This document shows positions 7,732-15,669 of a stretch of DNA of 16,034 nt, piece by piece. This DNA is from an uncultured bacterium (GTDB taxonomy: Bacteria; CSSED10-310; CAZUFC01). Below the pieces are notes generated by a model. It saw nothing but the letters and a program-made list of their open reading frames with translations. It was not told the DNA's origin and did no database searches. Location: contig CAZUFC010000166.1 of the NCBI GenBank assembly GCA_964619725.1, positions 1 to 16,034 of the forward strand, read 5' to 3'. The position numbers and the translations under genes were made by a program. The first letter of the stretch is position 1. Each line of letters starts with the position of its first letter.

Positions 7732-8688
7732 TCACAGGAACTTGTTTGCAGTTGATTCGATGCACAGTGGCTTCAATGAGTCATCTATAGACTTAGGTTC
7801 AATTGCCTTGCCGGCAATAGCGTCAGGCGAAAATAAGCCGGCGAGGGACTGAAAACAAACTACAGGGTCTACGCGTCCAAGATTAATAGTAAGGAATCGT
7901 GCACGTTGAGCCTGGAGGGTCAATATGCATGGTCTGATTTCCCGACCTGTTGCTGGATCAACCGTGTCTACGTATCCGTTGATAGTGACTTGTCTCACAT
8001 GACTTACCTTATCTGTCTTGAGCGCGATGTGAACAATAGCTAATGCCGTAGAGCAAATTAGATTATGGTATACGGATTTTATCTCGGCTTTTTTCCATGG
8101 TATAGCACGAGCCATAAATCGGGACTTTACGTAACGGTACTCACGAACCGAAGGGATTTGATTTTGAGCTAGTAGCGTATATTCGATGAGAAGATGACCT
8201 TCTGCGGGTACCAAAAAGAGCTTGAAATTGGGTTGAAGACCTGGCACTATCCGGGCAGACCGAAAAACCAACAAGTAATAATTCAGGATATCTTTGGATT
8301 CTCCAGACTGGTATCCCTTCTGTATATTTAGGAGCCTGTTTAGATGAGCCTCCCGTGCTGCATTATGCTGCTTCTCCGATTCACGGAGTTTGTCCAATCG
8401 AGCAGACTCTGCCGACTGGTATTTCGCCAGCTCCTGGACGTACTCTTTCCTTTTGGAAGATAATAATCTTGCAAGGCCTTTGGGCTTACATGGAGGTTTT
8501 AGCTGTTGTGACAAAGTGTTTAAGAGTCGAAATAAAGGATATTTAGATGATTCTAATTCAAAAGAAGGGCTGAAATCCTTAGCAATAGTAGATTGCAAAA
8601 TTTTTGAGTATGCATCCACAGTTTTGGCAATAAGCTGACTTGCCTCCCTTGCTCCGTATTCGCTTCTTATCTCCTTCAAATCGGTCAC
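7732..8688 (-). CDS. Protein resembling the N-terminal/central region of long Mrr-family restriction endonucleases; no Mrr catalytic domain
   Basis: GTG start with AAGGAGG RBS, 29 bp after a GTTAGGC core. Motifs IPSVREYRYVKS, INGYVDTVDPATG, CIL...RARFLTINLGRVDPVVCF recalled from this family. The ORF ends before any (D/E)..D...(Q/E)xK nuclease motif. Confidence 0.7.
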   Translation of the reverse strand: MTDLKEIRSEYGAREASQLIAKTVDAYSKILQSTIAKDFSPSFELESSKYPLFRLLNTLSQQLKPPCKPKGLARLLSSKRKEYVQELAKYQSAESARLDKLRESEKQHNAAREAHLNRLLNIQKGYQSGESKDILNYYLLVFRSARIVPGLQPNFKLFLVPAEGHLLIEYTLLAQNQIPSVREYRYVKSRFMARAIPWKKAEIKSVYHNLICSTALAIVHIALKTDKVSHVRQVTINGYVDTVDPATGREIRPCILTLQAQRARFLTINLGRVDPVVCFQSLAGLFSPDAIAGKAIEPKSIDDSLKPLCIESTANKFL

Positions 8689-8717
8689 CGTGCTTCCCTC
8701 CTTGTTTACATCCGTCT

Positions 8718-8739
8718 GCCTAACTAAATTTTCTTTTGC
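8718..8739 (-). mobile_element. attI-like or secondary integration site (occupied)
   Basis: Minus strand GCAAAAGAAAATTTAG^TTAGGC: a GTTRRRY core directly ahead of a cassette ORF, A-rich upstream, with no attC hairpin before it. Confidence 0.6.
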
Positions 8740-9199
8740 TTTTCTGGTACATGAGACTCCTCCTTTGAAGAATATACGGAGATAAATTTCAGAACTCTTG
8801 ACATACCCGAGTCAACCAATTGATTTTAATAGATTTTTACTCTCACTAAATCGGCAAAATTATTGTGAAATATTTTTGGATTTCACGACAAGCAATATTG
8901 ATATGATTTGAACCGTGATCCGTTTTCATCAAAAAAATTCACAATTCTTTTCAGGCACATTGTCAGGAGCTCAGAATTTAGGCAAAAATTGCGCCGATAA
9001 AATTTTAACCGACTTCAGAAAAATGACTTTCAGGTCATAGTTTCTTTCTCCGTTGGGAATGAGTTCGACGCTTCAGCGACCGTCTGCATCTACGACTTTA
9101 ATGTCTCAACGCCCGTCGCTCTCATGGATGAATGTTCCCTGAATGAAATCAAGACCGCGGTATTCCCCTGCTCTGCCGGCTCAATTTACTCCGTCTTTC

Positions 9200-9259
9200 G
9201 TCTAACGTTAAGGCTCACCGTCGTGCGGCAGCGCGTCCTTGTGAAGCCGCTGGTTGGGA
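9200..9259 (-). mobile_element. Integron attC site (60 bp)
   Basis: Minus strand: TCCCAAC CAGCG GCTTCACA AGGACGCG...CGAC GGTGAGC CTTAAC GTTAGAC. The upstream ORF reads into it (NPNQRLHKDA...GEP*). Confidence 0.85.
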
Positions 9260-10069
9260 TTTGCCGCCCCGTTGTCGTAATCTTGATACCCGTACCCGGC
9301 CGGCTCCTCCCGCAGCTCGTGGTCTCGTCGAGCGAGTTTCGTCAGCATCGAGACAATTCGCAAGAGCATCTTCTTGCCCTCACGGTTCTGCTCGGGACTT
9401 AGCGCCCGGCAGCCTTGCAGGCAATCCTGAACGGCGGCGCAGTCGAGTTCCAGTTCGGTCGTGATTCCATGCTCAGCACGCGCCGTGGCGTCAAGCAGGC
9501 TAAGGACGCGTAAAGGGGCAGCAAACCGCTTGTACACCCAATGCCGCCGAACGTTCTCCCGGTTTGACACTGCCAGAAGAAGCAGCACGGGCGGCGCGGT
9601 TATCCTGGCTCTAAGCCAAAACCACAAGCTGAACGATAGAGCTGCAAGTGATAGGACTCTGAGATCATGAGTGACTATGAAGAGCAGCACACCGACGGCA
9701 CCAGGAAAGAGGGTTAAGGATTTTGCCGCATCTGATCAGCTTGAGGTTTCGCGAGATGAGAGCAAGGCGTTCCATAGTCAAGGCTTGAGAGAGCGAGACA
9801 GGTCCGATGATCCGTTGCGTCGCCAGCAGCAAATGAAATGCATTCGTGCCATGAAGGCATGCGTACCAAAGGACGATCCATAGGACGATACTCCAGCCGG
9901 TTTTTGCAAGTTGAGCCACCCAAGCATTGGTTTCGGTGGGCAACGCTTGATACCAGATGTGGACGATATCCCATACGCATAGAACGGAAAGGGCTACGGT
10001 ATAGACCGCATGGAGCGCTGCCCAGCAGTTCCCTCTCCTCGGGTAGGGGAATTTCATGGGCCCAGTCAT
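9208..10069 (-). pseudogene. Multi-TM membrane protein cassette gene split by a +1 frameshift (ORFs 9665-10069 and 9208-9690)
   Basis: Removing one A from the A4 run at 9721-9724 joins ...LIRCGK to SLTLFPGAVGVLLFIVT..., giving one 286 aa ORF. GAAGGAAG lies upstream of ATG 10069; the ORF ends in an attC. Confidence 0.65.
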
Positions 10070-10270
10070 AAGATACTTCCTTCACTTTACCTCAATCAAT
10101 AGCACATATTGACGATGATCCGTAACTTCTTATTCTGCCCGGTTGCCGCTTTGATCAGTTTGGGTCGCAACGCAAGGAAATCGGGTTAAACGTTGAAAAA
10201 GAGACGGATTTTTATTCATCGAGATTGACAGAGTCATATTTTCGTTAACGGTTATTGAAAGCGCCCCTGG

Positions 10271-10387
10271 AAAGCGGCAGGATGCCGCTTCTACTTTCTC
10301 ACTTCTCTGATTTTTATTGGGTTTTCAATAATAAATTGTTTTTCTGAATGTCGACGCAGCATTCTGCCGCATTTCTTGCATCTCGAT
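10271..10387. repeat. Divergent pair of GTAG-family REP elements
   Basis: 10271-10294 (minus) is GTAG AAGCGGCA TCC TGCCGCTT T, a tetranucleotide foot plus perfect 8 bp stem. A degenerate plus-strand copy lies at 10350-10374; 10333-10387 repeats at 4-58. Confidence 0.75.
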
Positions 10388-10497
10388 CTAAGTCCATACG
10401 CAGACTATCCGCTGAAAACGGATTGATCCGGCATTCAACAACCATAAAGAACATGAAAAAATTAACCGCAGGCCCGCTGATCGACCAATTCATCGTA

Positions 10498-10659
10498 TCA
10501 TTCCGGTCCGAAACCGAACGTCCATTCGTCTATTCCCTCCAGGTCGCCTGGAACCTCCGTCATCTCAGGATTCGTCAAGGCGCTGAGGACCATCAGGTTT
10601 TCCATGGCATCGTCACCTGTTTCGGGCCAGTTGAATTGTTCGATTATTGTGATCTTCGA
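10498..10659 (-). pseudogene. Remnant of the C-terminal domain of a paralogue of the 728 aa protein
   Basis: Reads SKITIIEQFNWPETGDDAMENLMVLSALTNPEMTEVPGDLEGIDEWTFGFGPE*, aligning with TKIEVVESFQWPDTGEQSMSGIRIYGAMVNQDMSHIKGNLSVEEFSFGP*. There is an in-frame stop just upstream and no start. Confidence 0.8.
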
Positions 10660-10853
10660 CGAGTTTTTTCAATTTTTCCGGCTCCAGATCGCTTCTGAGC
10701 TCGAAGAATTACTGAACAAAAATATAGAACCAGTCTTCGTCCGGCGCTGATCGGATATCCGTGTTTCGAGATCACAATTTTCGCAGAATTGAATAATTAA
10801 GCAGCGAATGTCCGCAAACTCATTTTTACTCGGCATGCCAGACCGGAGAGGCG

Positions 10854-13800
10854 CTAGTTCTGTTTTTTCGCGGCAATTCCCAGGAGCATCAAAACAGCGA
10901 TAAGCGCCAGGGTTCCGGCGCCGTTCATAGCTGGAATAGGCTTAGGCGTAAATGAAGGCGTAATCGTGGGCGTAGGTGAAGTGGGAGTCAGCGTGGGCGC
11001 CGGGGTCGGCGAAAAGGTAGGCGATGATGTACCAGTTACAGTCGGAGTTTCTGTTGGCGTGTATGAAGGGGTGTCTGTCGGCGTTTGTGTCGGGGATGCT
11101 GTCGGCGTGTCGGTCGCTGTATATGTTGGAGAAAATGTAGGAGACAGAGTGGGCGAATTTGTGGGAGTCGGCGTATCGGACTGTGTTGCAGCGTGCACCT
11201 GCACTCCTTCGACGGAATAGGCCGGCAGGACCTTATCGAACGCAAAAGCCCTGTAATAATAATCCTGTCCCGGCGTTAATCCTTCATCAATCCACGGCTC
11301 TGCAGCATGAACACCTGAACCTTTATAGACTATCTCCACTTCTGGAGCCGTCATCACGCCAGGCACGACATGGTAATGTTGTCCGTCAGAGGGACGCCAG
11401 TTAATGGGAAAATTTGACCGGGCTATGATGACTCCGGCGAAATCATAATCGTTCGGGTTCTGCCACAGCAGACTGACGGAAGTTTCCGTAGAATCCTGAA
11501 CCGTTAACCCGCTCACTTCATGAGGAGCGGTCAACCCGGATTGCAGGTTCTGATGATAGAAGAAACCGGGTCTTTCATTCCGAACTATGTCCTTCTTTCC
11601 GTCTTCATTCCAGTCTGTTACATTCCACATTATTTCGTCAATGTCTGAAGCGATGTATCCGTATTGTTGGCGCAGGTAGCCCTGGCTGACGAGCTGTGGT
11701 GATTCCAGCGTTCCCTGGTTAACGAAATTTTCAATTTTGTCCAGTCCATGTATCGTATTGACAAGCAAATCGGGCTTACCGTCCTCCTCGTAATCCCAGG
11801 CGTGCGGACAGGAAGACCAGTGTCCGCATACCGGCGTCTGATAACCGCCGCTCCATTCCATGAGAACCTGCAGGTCTGAAAATTCAGGAGCAGCGTCCGT
11901 ACCCTGGTTCAGTAAATAGTATTGATAATTGCCGGCGCCGAACCAAAGGGCTGAACCGACCAGGAGGTCTTTTCGGCCGTCCTGATTCCAGTCCGTCACA
12001 TCAAGCGACCTGGTGCGGCTCGGACCCAGGTCGGCGTATTGAGCCGTGAGTTTAACCGGGTCTCCAAAAACGGGATCGTAATTTTCGGATTGATTCAGGT
12101 ATACATAGATATCGCCGTTGGATAAGTTATCAGAGCGAGGCGCAATAATGTCTTTTTTACCGTCGTTGTTCCAGTCAATGACGTCAGGCATCTGATAATC
12201 GTCAGAAAAGAAACCCAGTCGTTTTTCGTCAGCGCCCATAAGCAGTATCTGCTCAGTGAATTCAGGTTCGGTTGCCGTACCCTTGTTTAAGACGACATAA
12301 TGCGCTCCGAATTGTCCTATATGCATGAAAATATCCTTCAATCCGTCTTCATCCCAGTCAACAACGCGCGGCGCTTTATTGCCGTAGGAGAAACTCCGGG
12401 GTTGAGTCCCCGGAACGAACAGGGCTTTTTCGTAAATCCTGTTTCCATTCGTCCCTTCATTGGGATAAAACATCACGCCGCCTTTTCTTTCTACCTTTAT
12501 CAAGTCCTGGAGAGCATCTCCATTCATGTCGGCAAAAGTCCAGTCGCTTCTGTAATTGAATGGAACAGCTCCCTCGACGTCATAAAGAACGGTTTCGGCA
12601 TCGAATTGAGGCGAAGCATCGGTTCCCGTGTTTTCAAAAAGGCATAACTTGGGGGGCCACCGTGAGGAAACCAGCAGGTCCTTCTTGCCGTCTCCGTTCC
12701 AGTCCGTCACCCAGGGTTTAGCCCTGTCTCCGACGTCTATCGTATTGTAGCCGGCCTGAATATAGCTTCCGCCATCGAGGGTCGGCGATGAATTGTCTCC
12801 AGTGTTTATGAATAACTGAACGCGACCCTGGCTTTCTCCGACGATCAGATCATCCTTACCGTCGTTATTCCAATCAACTGCGAACGGACGTGAGTAAGAA
12901 CCGACGTCCAGAATTCCTCCGCCGGCGGTGAGCGCGCCTTCTGAGGCGAATGACGGAGCATCGTCGGACCCGTCGTTTCGGTAATAGTATACGTTTCCAG
13001 CCTTGGAGCCGATCAGAAGGTCTCGTTTATCATCGGCATTCCAGTCGAAATGGTGAGGCGTCGATTCATCGCCGACGTCGATTGTTCCGTAAGCCTCCTG
13101 CACCCAGGAGCCGCTCTGGAATTTCGGTTCAGAGGAAGTTCCGCTGTTCATGCAGAGACGAATCCTTCCGCCGGATTCCCCTGCAATAAGGTCGACTTTG
13201 CCGTCTTTGTTCCAATCAGTGATCCACGGAGCGAAAGGTTCGCCGACGCCGTCGAGTATCTGAAAAATTTCCCGTTTTATCTCCTGGGCAGCATCAAATT
13301 CGGGAGGTCCGGCCGGCGGAAGAGTCACATGCACCGTAGGCGTTGGAGTTGCACTGGGCCCCGGAGTCGGGGTGTCTCCTGACGTCACGGCGCTGACTTC
13401 CTGACCCTCGACCGAATACGCCGGCAACACTCTGTCGAAACTGAAAATCCTGTAATAATATCTCGTTCCCTCCGTTAATCCGCTGTCTGTCCAGGGAGCG
13501 CCGGAATGATCTTCATCGCCCCTGTAAACGACTTCGATTCCAGGTGCGACCGGCGCTCCCGTCATTGCATGGTAAAACATACGATCCGAAGGGCGCCAGG
13601 TAATGGAAGACTCCGAACGGAAAATAACCGTACCGGCAAAATCAAGGTCCGACGGGTTAGTCCAGGTCAGACTGATCGAATTCTCCGTTATTGAAGCGAC
13701 CGAAAGTCCGCCGACTTCTGCGGGCGACGTCTGCTGGGATTGATTATTGAGATGATAAAACAGGCCGTCTTCCTGGCTTATCACCAGGTCCTTCTTTCCG

Positions 13801-15617
13801 TCCTCATTCCAATCCATGATATCCGGTATCGTGTCCGAATAACCGCCGACATAACCGTATCCGCAACATTCCAGTCTTCCCGAATTCACAAGTTGAGGCG
13901 ATCCCGGCGTTCCCGTATTGGTGAATTTCGTCAGGTAGTCATTATATTGCATCGTATAAGTCAAAATGTCCGGGTCGCCGTCTTCTTCGTAATCCCATAC
14001 ATGGGGACTCGAATGATAGTCCCCGTCGATCGGCGTCCCATAACCGCCGTCCAGGTAATTCAGAATGCTTCCTGAATCAAACTGCGGATCGGCGTCCGTG
14101 CCTGTATTAATGAATACATAATGAAATTTGCCGCCGCCCCCATAGGGCCAGTTCGATCCCAGCATCAAATCCTTCTTGCCGTCGGAATTCCAATCCGCAA
14201 CTTCAATTCCCCGAACCTCCTTGCATCCCAGATCGTGATATCCTGAACTCAACAGAATGGGATCGTTGAAAACCGGAGCATAATTTTCACCACAGTTCAG
14301 ATATAAATAAACATCTCCAAAATCAGAATTATCACGTCGCGGGACCAGGATATCCTTTTTGCCGTCATTGTCCCAGTCAACAACGTCAGGAGTCGAATAC
14401 TCTCCTGCAAAACCTACATGGCGACCCGTCGTTGTGGTCAGGGCAAGTTGCCCAGTAAACAGCGGCGCACCCGCCGTTCCGCCGTTAATCATGACATAAT
14501 GCCTGTTATACCCGGAACGACGAGACATAAGAACATCCTTCAAACCGTCCTCATCCCAATCCATGACGCGTATTCCCTTGTTCCCCTGAATCATGGCGGC
14601 AGGTTCGCCCCCCGGAATGAAAGTCGCCTCATCATATATCCTGTTCCCCGGCGTTCCTCGATTCGCATAATACATCGTGAAACCCGACTTGGTAACTTGA
14701 ACGAAATCATCTTTAGTATCGCCGTCCATATCAGCGAAAGCCCAAAGCGGGTACTGCATTAATATCACGGCGCCGCTCTCGGCAATCGCTGTGGCCTCTT
14801 CGTCAAAGGTCGGCGCTGCATCCGTCCCCGTGTTGATGAAAACCGAAACGCGCGTCGGATTAGACCCGAAAGATAAAAGGTCTTTCTTCCCGTCGCCGTT
14901 CCAGTCCGTAACCCAGGGTCTCGAGCGGGACGTCATGTCTATGACTTCATATCCGACTTGCAACAGAGAACCCTCACCCAGCGACGGCGATTCGTTCGTT
15001 CCCTCGTTCAAATACAGGCGTATCTCTCCGCCATTACAACCCACCAGCAGATCATCCTTGCCGTCGTTGTTCCAATCCGCAGGAAAAGGAGTCGAAGAAT
15101 TACCGACATCAAGAATATTATATCCCGCCGTTAAATCCATCATCGTCGAAAAAGCAGGATTCGACTCTGAACCCGTATTCTCGAAATATTTCACCCTGCC
15201 GTCGTTAGCGCCGATCAGAAGGTCCTTCTTCCCGTCAGCATTCCAGTCATAAAAAACCGGCGCTGATTCATGACCCACATCAATGGAGGAATATCCGACC
15301 TGCAACCATTGACCGCTCTCAAGCTCCGGCTCCGTCGCCGTACCGACATTCAAATTCAAACGGACCTGGCCGCTGTAATATCCCGTTAAAAGGTCCAGCT
15401 TGCCGTTATCATCCCAGTCGCTGACCCACAAAGACCGGAATTCAGCCCCGTCAATCTTGAAAACCTCACGCTTTATCTCCACCCTGTCCAATAATACAGG
15501 AGGCCCGGCAGCCTTATCGTTCCGCTGCGTTCCCGAACAAAGGCAGGGATTCATTACCGTTAGAAAAAAACAAAAGACAAAAAAACCCGATATAATATTT
15601 ATCTTCTTTCCTCTCAT
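10854..15617 (-). CDS. Large surface protein: signal peptide, 2x [FG-GAP/VCBS-like beta-propeller region + Fn3], Pro/Thr stalk, IPTL-CTERM-like sorting signal
   Basis: 1587 aa with AGGAGG RBS. Many DWNxDGKxDLL calcium-blade motifs; Fn3 motifs (SISLTWTNPSD...GLTEGTRYYYRIFS; SVSLLWQNPND...GLTPGQDYYYRAFA); ends IPAMNGAG + hydrophobic helix + KKQN. Confidence 0.93.
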   Translation of the reverse strand: MRGKKINIISGFFVFCFFLTVMNPCLCSGTQRNDKAAGPPVLLDRVEIKREVFKIDGAEFRSLWVSDWDDNGKLDLLTGYYSGQVRLNLNVGTATEPELESGQWLQVGYSSIDVGHESAPVFYDWNADGKKDLLIGANDGRVKYFENTGSESNPAFSTMMDLTAGYNILDVGNSSTPFPADWNNDGKDDLLVGCNGGEIRLYLNEGTNESPSLGEGSLLQVGYEVIDMTSRSRPWVTDWNGDGKKDLLSFGSNPTRVSVFINTGTDAAPTFDEEATAIAESGAVILMQYPLWAFADMDGDTKDDFVQVTKSGFTMYYANRGTPGNRIYDEATFIPGGEPAAMIQGNKGIRVMDWDEDGLKDVLMSRRSGYNRHYVMINGGTAGAPLFTGQLALTTTTGRHVGFAGEYSTPDVVDWDNDGKKDILVPRRDNSDFGDVYLYLNCGENYAPVFNDPILLSSGYHDLGCKEVRGIEVADWNSDGKKDLMLGSNWPYGGGGKFHYVFINTGTDADPQFDSGSILNYLDGGYGTPIDGDYHSSPHVWDYEEDGDPDILTYTMQYNDYLTKFTNTGTPGSPQLVNSGRLECCGYGYVGGYSDTIPDIMDWNEDGKKDLVISQEDGLFYHLNNQSQQTSPAEVGGLSVASITENSISLTWTNPSDLDFAGTVIFRSESSITWRPSDRMFYHAMTGAPVAPGIEVVYRGDEDHSGAPWTDSGLTEGTRYYYRIFSFDRVLPAYSVEGQEVSAVTSGDTPTPGPSATPTPTVHVTLPPAGPPEFDAAQEIKREIFQILDGVGEPFAPWITDWNKDGKVDLIAGESGGRIRLCMNSGTSSEPKFQSGSWVQEAYGTIDVGDESTPHHFDWNADDKRDLLIGSKAGNVYYYRNDGSDDAPSFASEGALTAGGGILDVGSYSRPFAVDWNNDGKDDLIVGESQGRVQLFINTGDNSSPTLDGGSYIQAGYNTIDVGDRAKPWVTDWNGDGKKDLLVSSRWPPKLCLFENTGTDASPQFDAETVLYDVEGAVPFNYRSDWTFADMNGDALQDLIKVERKGGVMFYPNEGTNGNRIYEKALFVPGTQPRSFSYGNKAPRVVDWDEDGLKDIFMHIGQFGAHYVVLNKGTATEPEFTEQILLMGADEKRLGFFSDDYQMPDVIDWNNDGKKDIIAPRSDNLSNGDIYVYLNQSENYDPVFGDPVKLTAQYADLGPSRTRSLDVTDWNQDGRKDLLVGSALWFGAGNYQYYLLNQGTDAAPEFSDLQVLMEWSGGYQTPVCGHWSSCPHAWDYEEDGKPDLLVNTIHGLDKIENFVNQGTLESPQLVSQGYLRQQYGYIASDIDEIMWNVTDWNEDGKKDIVRNERPGFFYHQNLQSGLTAPHEVSGLTVQDSTETSVSLLWQNPNDYDFAGVIIARSNFPINWRPSDGQHYHVVPGVMTAPEVEIVYKGSGVHAAEPWIDEGLTPGQDYYYRAFAFDKVLPAYSVEGVQVHAATQSDTPTPTNSPTLSPTFSPTYTATDTPTASPTQTPTDTPSYTPTETPTVTGTSSPTFSPTPAPTLTPTSPTPTITPSFTPKPIPAMNGAGTLALIAVLMLLGIAAKKQN
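10939..11187 (-). repeat. Pro/Thr/Ser-rich (xTPT) low-complexity coding linker
   Basis: DTPTPTNSPTLSPTFSPTYTATDTPT...TPSFTPKP; a shorter PT linker separates the two modules (~13330-13380). Confidence 0.9.
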
Positions 15618-15640
15618 TAACTTTACCTCCTTCTCATTCC

Positions 15641-15669
15641 TTTATAAGAATAAGGAAAGCTCCGGTCAA
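15641..15669 (-). promoter_or_regulatory. Putative sigma70 promoter of the 1587 aa gene
   Basis: TTGACC-17 bp-TATAAA just upstream of the AGGAGG RBS. Confidence 0.55.

Noticed and set aside
7565-8996. 12 bp repeat AAAATTGCGCCG near 7566 and 8985
   Set aside because: Too short, with no flanking similarity; could be chance.
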